From: a virus
Taxonomy: Duplodnaviria; Caudoviricetes
Reading direction: 5' to 3' (one strand)
Length of the DNA stretch: 64,000 nucleotides
IMG/VR virus record: IMGVR_UViG_3300003316_000399
Location: 27,633-91,632 of that record
Part shown: one piece after another, positions 20,024-30,049 of the stretch
Layout of the letters: each line of letters begins with the position of its first letter
Position numbering within the stretch: position 1 is the first letter of the stretch
Position numbers and translations under genes: made by a program
The notes under the pieces: generated by a model
The model's database searches: none
The model's input: only the letters and a program-made list of their open reading frames with translations
Told to the model about the DNA's origin: nothing

Positions 20024-20398
20024 CTATTTCATTTCGATAAACTCAGCATCATAATGCCAAGATGGTCTACCAGCTAGAAAATCTGAGCGATTCATAATTA
20101 GTTCGGCTTTAAATCGAACTAATCTAGCACGCTTACTCATACCATGATGATCTATTAATGTTGAAACTTTACCATTTGTAAACCAACTATTTAATTTTAC
20201 AAACAGCGCTGGACCATCAACACCAATCATATAACCACTTATTTGTCGGCGTGCTGATTTCGCGCCAACATCGTGCAAGACAGATATTGTACTGCCAATG
20301 GGATTTTTCTCGACAAGTAATAATTCTTTATCCCATCCGCTATCGGTAGATGGATTAATGGGCCAATCGTAATTATCAAATTTCCATGCAATACGCAT
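20024..20398 (-). CDS. Putative distal tail (Dit-like) protein
   Basis: Position between tape measure and hub; W.INP motif. Confidence 0.6.
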   Translation of the reverse strand: MRIAWKFDNYDWPINPSTDSGWDKELLLVEKNPIGSTISVLHDVGAKSARRQISGYMIGVDGPALFVKLNSWFTNGKVSTLIDHHGMSKRARLVRFKAELIMNRSDFLAGRPSWHYDAEFIEMK

Positions 20399-20420
20399 TT
20401 AATAAAGCTCCTTGTTATAC

Positions 20421-20464
20421 TAAAAAAGTCGGGATCAGAAACATCGATTTTCTGATCCCGACTT
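20421..20464 (-). terminator. Intrinsic terminator after the tape measure gene
   Basis: Perfect 16-bp stem AAGTCGGGATCAGAAA/TTTCTGATCCCGACTT ending in U6. Confidence 0.85.
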
Positions 20465-20467
20465 CAC

Positions 20468-23400
20468 CTAAACTTGTCTATCCCTTAATGATCTTCCTGC
20501 TTTTAATCCTTGACCACCAGTGCTTTGCGCCTTACCAACACTAGCTCCTGGTGAAACAATATTACCCGGTTTACCATTTATCATTGCTTTCGCAGCACTG
20601 CCACCTTGATTAGCTTGTCCATTTACAATTATCTGCAGGGCAATCGGAGTAGCTGCTAGTAACGCAGCGAGATCAAATTTTCCTAACGCGGCTGCCGCAG
20701 TTCCAAGAGCTGTGGAAAAACTCGATATAGATTTTACATCTAGATTTTCTTTAGCAAAAGTTGACATACGCACCGCAGCTGTTGCCGACACTTTTGCTAA
20801 CATACCGAGTTCATTGTTCGATTGATTTGCTCTCTGTCCTAAATCTTGTAAACTATTTTTAACTGGCTTGCTACTGTTAGATAAATCTTCTAACCAACCT
20901 CGTCCACCGCCACCACCGCCACCACCTGACCGTTGCGCGGCTTGCTCCCGCATTGCGATGCTTTTAGCATCTATTCGCTTTGATGTATTAACATCTCGAT
21001 AGCTATATAAATCATATTCTTCTTCAATATTTCGAGGTGGTGCTGGCATTGAAGGTCTAAGATTTTCTAAAGCTTCATCGATAAATGGTAGATCTGGCTC
21101 AGTGATAACACGACCTGGAGTTCCTGGTGTTGGGTATCCCATTGGAGCCGCACCCGGCATAATAGTATTACCAAGCGCAGCGAGATTTGGCGCCTCTTTT
21201 GTTGAACCTTGCTGACCTTGTAGAATTGCTTCTGCCAGCTGTTTAGCAAAGTCCATAGTTACCATGCCCTCTTTGCCCATTTCTGGAGATACATAGTTTA
21301 CACTACCAGTTTCTTTTCCTCCTGCATTATAATAATCCCACACGGTTGGTGCGCGGTAATTTCCTGGCAAGTTATAGTGACCGCGTAACTGATCATTGCT
21401 TTCCGTATTCTCGTCTATTGCCATGCGCAAATACTCTTGACTTAAACCTGTTTGCATAAGTAAATCGTTATTCTTGCGCATGATCAATAAGCGTTCATCA
21501 CTGTATTTCTCAGCTAAATCCGGTGCTAGATTTACAGCCTGGCTTTGTAGCTGTTGCGCGCGCTGAATAATTTTTTGTGTTTGCTCAGGAGTATATTCAG
21601 AAAGATCAACGGTTTCCGGTGCTTTCAGTTGTTGTCGTTTCTGTTGTTGCTGTTGCAAATATTCATTCACAAAACCCTGATTTATTCCAGCAACTGATTT
21701 ATAAGAATCTCCGCTGCTCATCAGAAACTGCTGTTTTGAAAACTCATTACCCCAGGCCGGAAACATACTTGTTAGATCACTTTGCTTTTGCCGTGCGTAA
21801 TCCAACGCGGCGGATAAATCCTCAGTTTTATAATCTGAAACATCAAAAATATTAGGCGCTTGGAATTGTGCCGGTGTCCCTGCGATAACAGTTGTTTTCC
21901 TTGCGTCTTTTTGTGATTTGATCAAACCTAACGATTTCATAAGTGTATCTGGCTCTTGCTTAACCATTGCCAGGTATGCACGATATTCTACAGCAAGCAT
22001 CTGCCGCGCCTGTAGCTGCTTTTGAACCGCGTCGTAACTTTGCGTTGCTTTAGTATGTTCTTCACTGGAGGTATCTATATATTCCGGCGTCTTTGCAATA
22101 GCAGTTGCCTGTTCTTGTAATGCGCTATATTCCTCCATAAAATTCTGCATCTCAACAAGTTGGGAAAGCTGTTGCTGGAACTCATTTTGACCTTCAGAGC
22201 CAATCTGATATAGCATCTTGTTCATGCCGGAAGTATCTTGACCAAGTTTTCTAGCAAGAGGATCAGCAATCGCTAATGTATTTGGCAAAGCTTCCAATGA
22301 AGATCTTGCAGTTTGGTACTGTGACATTACATCTTCAGCTGCCTGACCAGTAATACGACCTGAACTTATGTCGTTAAACTTGCTACTAAATACAGTGTTT
22401 AAACGCTGTGTTTGTCGTCCAAACGTGCCAAACTCAGTTAAGCCTGTTGGTACTTTATAGGTGTATTGTGATAACTCCCGCATATCGGACATCTTTGTTC
22501 TAATAGAATCAAGTGTTTCATTGATTCCACCAAAAATATCGCGCCCTTTTGACGTTTCTGAATTCTGACTCTGCTGCAAATCGCGTATGGCTTGCTGGAC
22601 TTGCTCTTGTTCTTTGATCTTTGCAGTAATTTCAGTATTCTCATCTTTTGCCTGCGTGAGCAGGTTAAGAAATTCTTTAGGATCTGATATACCAGAGTTC
22701 TGATAAAGTGATTTAAGATCGGGAGAACCCTCTAGCTTATTATAAAAATTCTCTACATTACCCAATGCACCAACCCGGTAATTTGCTAAGAAAAAGTTAT
22801 CTTGTATCGAGGAAGGATCACCGGCATTGGCAATCAGTCTTTCGTAATTCTTTAAATTCTCGGATGACACGGCAGTACTTGGTCCTGAAATTGGTGATTG
22901 TGAAAGAATTTCCTTTAATGCGTCGGCTTGCTCATAGACATTTTCTATACCGCCGGTTGATTTTGCCTCGGCATAAGCTGATGCGAATTTCTCTTGTTCC
23001 CGTCCACTAGTGCCCAAAAATGTTCCATATACATCAAAATACTCTGATACACCTTTACCAATCATATATCCAACTTGGGCACCAAGAGGACCTCCAACAA
23101 ATGCACCTGCAAACCCACCCGCAATACCGGCTCCAACATTCATCATATTCTCGCCACTAAAACCCCCCATTGCAACATCCATACCGATGGGTAAAGCGAG
23201 ATCTCCAAGTGTTCTACCAGTTTGTCCTAGAATTTTACCTGCTCTGGTATTCATGAAACCAGATACACCAACTGCAGTTGGTTTGTCAGTCACACCTTTT
23301 AGAAAACTGTTTACTGCACCTAATCCCTGAACATTTGCAGTAGCAATTTTACCAACCTCAGCAACCTGCATTAAATCAACACTTAATGCTTTTGCAGCTG

Positions 23401-26400
23401 AGCCCAAGACCGATAGTGATTTTGAACCAGAAGCCTCCATGCTGGTAAAAATTTGCGCCAGGGCACGTCCTGCACCTGTTGCTGGTTGTAAAATTGCACG
23501 TAAGCCTAGTGTTAACTGTGATGTAAAACTGCGCACAGTGGTTGCCGCCATATTTATTACTTTAGCTATCCCGGAAAAAGCATTCATCCCTGCCGTAAAT
23601 ACACCAAGGAATCCTATAATAACGGCTTGTAATGCTTGTTTTATCGTCTGAATAACTTGTGGATTTCCTTTTGCGGCGTCTGCAATTTCACGCATACTAT
23701 CAGCGACACGTGTTAACGCGTTGCCAATATCATCCATCAATCCACTACCGAACAAAATTTCCTGTAAAAAGAGTGCAAAAGAACCTTGTAACTTATTTAG
23801 TGCTCCGGCGAAAACTTCACTTTTTCTTTTCAGAACTACATCAAATTCCTCACCGGTCATCTTTCCGCCCTCGGATGTGGGTTGCAGGGTTTGCTGAATT
23901 CGATCTACTTCAGGAATTGATTCGATTAACTTTTTAGCCTCGTTTGCCCGCGCACGACCGCCGAATGCCTGTGTAATCTCTTTGGATTTATATGGCATGT
24001 CATTCATCAAAGTATATGAATCTTTTAAAATATCATACCAAGATCTAAATCCAATGGTACCATCCTCATTTACCTGCCGAACAGCGATTCCCAGCTTCTC
24101 TAAATCATCACGGCCCTCTCCATATGTACGTTCCATCAATGCTTTAATTGAGTTAGATGTTTCAACTGGAGATTTATTTAACTTGACCGCCGATGCAGCA
24201 GTAATTGCTAACAATCTATCTTGTGATAGACCAGCATCGCCTGCACTAGCGGCAAGCTGGGCATAAACTTGAATCAGATCACTTCCTGCAGCTCCAGATT
24301 CCCTTTGGGCAACAACTAGTTTACTCATCAAGTTATTAAGTTCACTGACCGCAGCGGCGGCTCTAGCCGATGGATCGGTAATGCTTTCATCAATAGAGTC
24401 TCTGAGTTGTGCAAAAATAGCTGGTATTGATTCTAGAGATTCTTCTAATGAAATTCCGAATACAGTCTGTGACCCTAGCTGCGTTCTTGACAACGCGTTG
24501 CTGATCTCTTGCCGTTCACGCATATCTTGAATGGGCGCTAAAACTTTGAAATTTTGTATATTGGTCTGCACACCTTCGGTGAATCCCTGACCAGTTTCCA
24601 CGGCGGTATCAATACTGTTGTATAAGAAATCCGATCCTGCTCTCTTTGTGGTACTAATATCAATTGTACCGCTTGAGCTTTCTAAGAGTGTGCCTATCTC
24701 TGCAAGCTCATCTTGCATATCAACAATTTGTCCAACTAATTCTTGTAATTTGAAGATAAGATTCTCAACGAATTCATCAGTAATTTGACGCGGTATTTCA
24801 ATTGCCACCTGTTCTAAGAATTTTGAAAGTGGATTTTCTTTTGGTGTATCAAGAACTAAATTATTAAATTCATCAATTTTTCCATTGAGTTGCACCATTG
24901 CGCCGGATGTTGTTTTTGCACTAATCGAAACGCGGTTGATCCCTTCATTAAAATCATAGACATACTCTGTATTGAAGCTTTCTCTATCCAGACCTTCACC
25001 AGATTTTTGCATCAATTTGAAATTAACTTCATCATATAAATCTAGTTGTTTGTTGGGAGATACTGCACGACCAGCCGAGTAGGCTGCCATATTTATAAAT
25101 CTGTCTTTTAAACCGCCAAACATGCCACTACGCGGCTTTGAAAAGTATTCAAAAGAAGGGCCAATGCGATCTGGTAGAATTCCAGCCACTACATTACCAA
25201 GAGACAATGGGTTCTCTGGATCAGAGATCATTGTTTTGATCTGATTTGATAATATAGCCTGCATTGCGGCTTCAGAAGCGCGTATTGCTTTCTGTTTCAT
25301 GCTGCTATTATTTGTAGAAACATTAGGATCTGGAATTCGCATTTCTTCGTAAGCGGCGGATAAAGCACTTCCTATATCCGAACCCAAGATGCTAGAAATA
25401 TACTCTGGTATATTACTAGTGAATTGATTCTTAAACGATGTGAATGATGTTTTAACTCTTTGCACCCAACTCTGTTTTGTCGTGGATTTTAAAGCCGATG
25501 GTGCTTCATTAGAAACTGGAGTGGAAGTAACGCCGGGCATCTGTGTAGATGTTTTATCACTGTTAAACGAAGGATCATAGAAAGCATATCCCTGAACCTG
25601 TGATGCAGCTCGATCCAATTCTTCACCGCTGGCGTTAATAGCAATTCCAATCGATTTATTTAGCTCCTCAACGCGTTCTCGCAATAGAACAATACCTTCT
25701 TTGCTGTACGTGTCGGGTGAGATTTCTTTAAGCGTTTTTGTAGCAATATCAAATAGCTCATTACCATATAAACGTCTAAAGAAATTTATAAATTCGGCCT
25801 TTCCTGAAATTAATGCTTGTGAAACATTTGATAAAACTTCACCGCTTTTGAAATAGTAATCTTGATCCTTAAGAGCACCGCCCAAATCCTGCATCTGATT
25901 TTGGTCAAGAATATTGCTCGCAACGCGCATTGCTTGTTGTTGATTACCAGGTGTTGTGAGATATGCACGTCTTTTAGCAATGGATTTCTCAAGATCAGTA
26001 TTTTTAAGAGCTTTATCTCCAGCTGAAAATGTTAAACCGTGTGTTAATTCGTGAATAATAATATCAGTATCATCCATGTATGTTAACGCGGTGCGATCGT
26101 CTCTATTTGTAAAGCCAAACGCTGTTTTCCGTCCGGTATTTCTATCGGTGTACGGTAACGATGCGCCACTATAGCCACCGGCTTGTTTTGCAATTTCTGG
26201 AGCAACGCCCATGCCTTCCATTGTTGATACCATTCCCGAAGATGACAAGACCGCATAACCGGAAGCCAAACCCTTCTGAAAACTTGTGCCCTCAGAAAAA
26301 TTCATAATTCCGGTTTCAATAATCTTCATGCGCTTAATATCTTCGGGAGACATTGTCTTTAACGCCTCGCGGCGCTGGTAATCTGCTAGTGGATCTCCAG

Positions 26401-28960
26401 TGCTTAAATCACCTGCGAAATCCTTGTTAATATTGGATTGCTTTGCTGTTTTTGATCCTGTTTCATACCCAGCAATATTTCTATCCAACGCGTTGAGAAT
26501 TCTTAATGCTTGTTCTTGCTGCTTCTCATTTAGAAAATCTTTATTGTTACTATACTGTTCCTGTAAAACTTCGTAACCCGCACGTGTAAGATTATTAACT
26601 TTGGTCTGTACACCTTTTGGTAAAAATGGCATTACATTGTTGTTAAGGAAGCTCACACCAGCTTCACCAAAACTAAGCATAGTATCAGCACGTCGAGCAA
26701 ATGCACCTTTATCAAAATCCTTAAATTTATTTGTTCCAAGGATTCGATCCATATTTAACACAGCGCGCCAAATATTTGTCAGTGCATAACCGATGTCAAC
26801 AAAGGTACCAGGATTAAGCTGTCTAATAGATTCATCAAAAATCTCAAGTGCGTTAACAATTGCACCAAGCTGATTTGTAGCACCTACAAATTTTGCAACG
26901 CGTTGTGCTATTTTATTGACTAGACTGTCTCCGGTATCAGATTGCTTTAAAGTTTGCTCCAATCGGCGTTTTGTTTCTTCAACACGATTCGGTGTATAGC
27001 CCTGAGTAGGAGCCTGTCCTGAACGTCTGTAACTACGCGCCGCTTCTGGAGATTCAGCACTTATGTTTGGAGTTTCATCCGATGAAAGAAATTTAGCAAA
27101 CTTTGTGACATTATTGAATAAACCTTTTGCTTTATCAACAAATGTTGAAGATGGATCTTTCACAGGACCAAGCGCTGTTTTAATAGCATTGGCAATTTTT
27201 GATGATAAACCTTCCTCATTAATATATGCTGTATTACTTGAGTTTTCATCGCCGGATTGCTCACCAATAAACGCGACTAATTTATCAAAAAATGCGCCAA
27301 GGTTCTGGTTTTGTGTAAATGATCCTACAGTATGAAGATCTTTAGCAACCTCTACTCCATTTGTTGATCTTTTAGACTCATATACACCACCCATGCCAAT
27401 AGAATCAAAAGCTGTAGGTCTAATATTTTTATTAATCTGATCAAATAGCAATCTAAAACCATCAGAAACGCGTTTTGTAAAAGCATCAATGACTCTCTGA
27501 AATCCAGAATTAATTGTATTACCAAATTGATTTATAGAGGAAAGACTATTGGCAGATATAGTATTAAAAATACTCTTACCCATATCTAATAACTTTGAAA
27601 AACTATTAGCTGGATTTATTGATGCAAACTCATCGCGTACTTTATCAGACAATCGAGTTGAAAGCGGGGCACGCATTGCTGCAGGTGAATTTTCATCATC
27701 TCCAGGATTAATGTTTCTGCCTAAACCAAGATTGATTGCATCTCGAAATCTATCATTGTTATACTCAATACCTAAATTCTGTTTAAAGTTATAGTTCAGT
27801 GTTCTAAAATCTGGTAATGATACGTTTCTGATATCAGAAGCAGCATTCGGATCTTTTGCTAATAGAGATCCAATACTTCTAAGTTGCGCGATACGATCGT
27901 TGGACAACACCTGTCCGGTTTTTTGAGATGCTTTGATGTAATCATCAACAATCTTATTTGCAATACGCCGACGCTCAATCAGCATTGTTTTTACACGTTG
28001 ATAAACTTCACTATCAACAGCAGCTGCTCGATCAATATTTTCCTGCTCAATCTGTATCTGATCAGCGGGACTAACAGCCGCAGCCTTCGGCTTTCGTGTT
28101 CTCTTGGGTTTTGGTATACTCTCCTGAACCTTTGCTTCGGGTGCCTGTTCTTCAATATCGCGGCGTATTTCCTGTGCAACCTGTTGCTCACGGGAGACAT
28201 CTGTACCAGCGGGTGTTTTTTGCTCAGGATTTGCTGGGTTTATACCTGTAATATTTAAATTTCCAGCAGCTTGCAAACGCACGAGCATTTGCTCCAATGG
28301 CTTTAGATGTGTAACAAGATCATCAATACTCTTAAAATTCTTACTGTCTATTTCAATTTTAAATGAATTAACAGCCTGTTTTAAGGTATTGATATCCTTA
28401 GCAAGTTGCTTAAAATCTGTACTGGATGCATTTGATAAAGATTTTGAGAACGATGTAAAATCATTTATAAATTTGTTAAAACCTGTATCATTCTCATTTA
28501 TATTTGGAGCACTAAAATTAGTTAATTTTTGTTTTATTGAATCTAACTCGTTACCCACGTCTTTAAGTTCATTAGCTAGTGTTGACACTTCAACACGCGT
28601 TTTCTGGAATGAGTTAGCAATGCTTTGATTTGTAGATGACAATCTTTCTAAAACACTCGCTTGGCGCTCTAGAGCGTCGGTTAGCGATGTTAAACTACCC
28701 GAATCTAATCCTTTTAATACATCGCGTAATGCGCGCATATCCTGCTGCATCTGTTGAACATTCTCAGGCTTTAATTTTCCAAGACTGATCTGTATACGGT
28801 TGATAGCATCAACAAGTTGGCTCGCGTCTTTCGCCTCGGCAACAAGAGCACTAAAACGCGAGCCAAACTTCTCAAGTCTGTCGTCAGCAGAGCTAATAAC
28901 GCCGAGGAGGTCAAGTAGAACATTTTGTATTTCAGCCACTCGATTATCAAAATCTGACAT
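20468..28960 (-). CDS. Tail tape measure protein (2830 aa) with an inserted HEXXH domain
   Basis: Very long helical protein after the tail chaperones; TP901-like core (LEKLGIAV..DG..RSWYDIL, AFGG); Gly-rich hydrophobic segment. Confidence 0.88.
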   Translation of the reverse strand: MSDFDNRVAEIQNVLLDLLGVISSADDRLEKFGSRFSALVAEAKDASQLVDAINRIQISLGKLKPENVQQMQQDMRALRDVLKGLDSGSLTSLTDALERQASVLERLSSTNQSIANSFQKTRVEVSTLANELKDVGNELDSIKQKLTNFSAPNINENDTGFNKFINDFTSFSKSLSNASSTDFKQLAKDINTLKQAVNSFKIEIDSKNFKSIDDLVTHLKPLEQMLVRLQAAGNLNITGINPANPEQKTPAGTDVSREQQVAQEIRRDIEEQAPEAKVQESIPKPKRTRKPKAAAVSPADQIQIEQENIDRAAAVDSEVYQRVKTMLIERRRIANKIVDDYIKASQKTGQVLSNDRIAQLRSIGSLLAKDPNAASDIRNVSLPDFRTLNYNFKQNLGIEYNNDRFRDAINLGLGRNINPGDDENSPAAMRAPLSTRLSDKVRDEFASINPANSFSKLLDMGKSIFNTISANSLSSINQFGNTINSGFQRVIDAFTKRVSDGFRLLFDQINKNIRPTAFDSIGMGGVYESKRSTNGVEVAKDLHTVGSFTQNQNLGAFFDKLVAFIGEQSGDENSSNTAYINEEGLSSKIANAIKTALGPVKDPSSTFVDKAKGLFNNVTKFAKFLSSDETPNISAESPEAARSYRRSGQAPTQGYTPNRVEETKRRLEQTLKQSDTGDSLVNKIAQRVAKFVGATNQLGAIVNALEIFDESIRQLNPGTFVDIGYALTNIWRAVLNMDRILGTNKFKDFDKGAFARRADTMLSFGEAGVSFLNNNVMPFLPKGVQTKVNNLTRAGYEVLQEQYSNNKDFLNEKQQEQALRILNALDRNIAGYETGSKTAKQSNINKDFAGDLSTGDPLADYQRREALKTMSPEDIKRMKIIETGIMNFSEGTSFQKGLASGYAVLSSSGMVSTMEGMGVAPEIAKQAGGYSGASLPYTDRNTGRKTAFGFTNRDDRTALTYMDDTDIIIHELTHGLTFSAGDKALKNTDLEKSIAKRRAYLTTPGNQQQAMRVASNILDQNQMQDLGGALKDQDYYFKSGEVLSNVSQALISGKAEFINFFRRLYGNELFDIATKTLKEISPDTYSKEGIVLLRERVEELNKSIGIAINASGEELDRAASQVQGYAFYDPSFNSDKTSTQMPGVTSTPVSNEAPSALKSTTKQSWVQRVKTSFTSFKNQFTSNIPEYISSILGSDIGSALSAAYEEMRIPDPNVSTNNSSMKQKAIRASEAAMQAILSNQIKTMISDPENPLSLGNVVAGILPDRIGPSFEYFSKPRSGMFGGLKDRFINMAAYSAGRAVSPNKQLDLYDEVNFKLMQKSGEGLDRESFNTEYVYDFNEGINRVSISAKTTSGAMVQLNGKIDEFNNLVLDTPKENPLSKFLEQVAIEIPRQITDEFVENLIFKLQELVGQIVDMQDELAEIGTLLESSSGTIDISTTKRAGSDFLYNSIDTAVETGQGFTEGVQTNIQNFKVLAPIQDMRERQEISNALSRTQLGSQTVFGISLEESLESIPAIFAQLRDSIDESITDPSARAAAAVSELNNLMSKLVVAQRESGAAGSDLIQVYAQLAASAGDAGLSQDRLLAITAASAVKLNKSPVETSNSIKALMERTYGEGRDDLEKLGIAVRQVNEDGTIGFRSWYDILKDSYTLMNDMPYKSKEITQAFGGRARANEAKKLIESIPEVDRIQQTLQPTSEGGKMTGEEFDVVLKRKSEVFAGALNKLQGSFALFLQEILFGSGLMDDIGNALTRVADSMREIADAAKGNPQVIQTIKQALQAVIIGFLGVFTAGMNAFSGIAKVINMAATTVRSFTSQLTLGLRAILQPATGAGRALAQIFTSMEASGSKSLSVLGSAAKALSVDLMQVAEVGKIATANVQGLGAVNSFLKGVTDKPTAVGVSGFMNTRAGKILGQTGRTLGDLALPIGMDVAMGGFSGENMMNVGAGIAGGFAGAFVGGPLGAQVGYMIGKGVSEYFDVYGTFLGTSGREQEKFASAYAEAKSTGGIENVYEQADALKEILSQSPISGPSTAVSSENLKNYERLIANAGDPSSIQDNFFLANYRVGALGNVENFYNKLEGSPDLKSLYQNSGISDPKEFLNLLTQAKDENTEITAKIKEQEQVQQAIRDLQQSQNSETSKGRDIFGGINETLDSIRTKMSDMRELSQYTYKVPTGLTEFGTFGRQTQRLNTVFSSKFNDISSGRITGQAAEDVMSQYQTARSSLEALPNTLAIADPLARKLGQDTSGMNKMLYQIGSEGQNEFQQQLSQLVEMQNFMEEYSALQEQATAIAKTPEYIDTSSEEHTKATQSYDAVQKQLQARQMLAVEYRAYLAMVKQEPDTLMKSLGLIKSQKDARKTTVIAGTPAQFQAPNIFDVSDYKTEDLSAALDYARQKQSDLTSMFPAWGNEFSKQQFLMSSGDSYKSVAGINQGFVNEYLQQQQQKRQQLKAPETVDLSEYTPEQTQKIIQRAQQLQSQAVNLAPDLAEKYSDERLLIMRKNNDLLMQTGLSQEYLRMAIDENTESNDQLRGHYNLPGNYRAPTVWDYYNAGGKETGSVNYVSPEMGKEGMVTMDFAKQLAEAILQGQQGSTKEAPNLAALGNTIMPGAAPMGYPTPGTPGRVITEPDLPFIDEALENLRPSMPAPPRNIEEEYDLYSYRDVNTSKRIDAKSIAMREQAAQRSGGGGGGGGRGWLEDLSNSSKPVKNSLQDLGQRANQSNNELGMLAKVSATAAVRMSTFAKENLDVKSISSFSTALGTAAAALGKFDLAALLAATPIALQIIVNGQANQGGSAAKAMINGKPGNIVSPGASVGKAQSTGGQGLKAGRSLRDRQV

Positions 28961-28978
28961 GAAATATTTCCTCCTCTT

Positions 28979-29278
28979 TTAATCTTCTATATCTTCTATA
29001 TCGACGGTCGCAGTCGTTCCTGTGGAAGATTTATTACTACTTAGTGATGGGTAAAGTTTATCAACATGCGCGCGCACGAATTGTGGATAATCCCAATATT
29101 CTTCTGGCACTGGTTCAATAAGTTCCAAATACGAATCATATCTTTGTCTCAACATAACCGCGTATGTAATAGTGTGCGGCCAATCCCAGACTGATAACAA
29201 ATCTTCATGCAGCGGCCTTCCTGTAGTTTTAGCAATATTCCACATTATTGAAAACTGCGCCGTCTTTGCTAGTTTTTT
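28979..29278 (-). CDS. Tail assembly chaperone, C-terminal frameshift extension (gpGT-like)
   Basis: Open in the -1 frame from the slippery A AAA AAC (29278-29272) through to the stop at 28979. Confidence 0.8.
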   Translation of the reverse strand, partial: KKLAKTAQFSIMWNIAKTTGRPLHEDLLSVWDWPHTITYAVMLRQRYDSYLELIEPVPEEYWDYPQFVRAHVDKLYPSLSSNKSSTGTTATVDIEDIED

Positions 29279-29946
29279 ATGTCTTCAGTACCCACAGTGA
29301 GTTGCTCATATTCATTTTTTAGGAAATCTCTCAGCGCTGTGGGGAACTGTTTATATTCTTCCAATGTACACAGACGACGGTTATATTTCTCATCCTCATA
29401 CAGACTTGCAGCAACCACGCGATCCTCAAACTCTTTTTGGTAAATCTCTTCACAAACGCGATCTACACGATGAGATCTGTACATATTTTTTACAAAGTCC
29501 TCAGACTGTGTTGTTAATTGTGCCTTGAAATCCTCAGCCCATCTCTTTGCGTATTCTTGCATATTGTCAAGATATTCTTCCTCGCGTGCGTCCTTCGCCG
29601 CTTCATATTCCTCCTGCTCTTCCTGAGATGGAAAATCGCCTAACTTTGGAAGAATAGGACGTGGGTTCTGTGTAATATATTCCTGTATGAACCGGCGCGA
29701 TGATAATAAGATAATCTCTTCGATCAAAGAATCCTTCGTGATATCTTGTATAAAATCAAGATATAGAAGATATTCATCACTTTCTGTATTACGAAGTTTT
29801 GTACGCAGCTTGCGTGACTCTAAAAGTGCTTGCTTACGTGATTCCTCAATATCCTGATCAGTAACAATGCGGATATAAAAAGTAATATCATCATATGTTA
29901 CAGATTTCCGCCATTTTAGTAACTTTTGTAAAAGTTCTCTGGACAT
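29269..29946 (-). CDS. Tail assembly chaperone (gpG-like)
   Basis: Between tail tube and tape measure; start MSRELL with RBS AGGAG; ends ATA AAA AAC TAG. Confidence 0.8.
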   Translation of the reverse strand: MSRELLQKLLKWRKSVTYDDITFYIRIVTDQDIEESRKQALLESRKLRTKLRNTESDEYLLYLDFIQDITKDSLIEEIILLSSRRFIQEYITQNPRPILPKLGDFPSQEEQEEYEAAKDAREEEYLDNMQEYAKRWAEDFKAQLTTQSEDFVKNMYRSHRVDRVCEEIYQKEFEDRVVAASLYEDEKYNRRLCTLEEYKQFPTALRDFLKNEYEQLTVGTEDIKN

Positions 29947-29970
29947 ATTTAACTCCTGATCCTCTTTCAA

Positions 29971-30028
29971 ATAAAAAAAAGTATGGGGATTACGCAGTGC
30001 GGGTATGCAAAACGTAATCCCCATACTT
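29971..30028 (-). terminator. Intrinsic terminator after the major tail gene
   Basis: 16-bp stem AAGTATGGGGATTACG/CGTAATCCCCATACTT ending in U8. Confidence 0.85.
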
Positions 30029-30049
30029 CATCCCTTAGCCGCACTGAAA

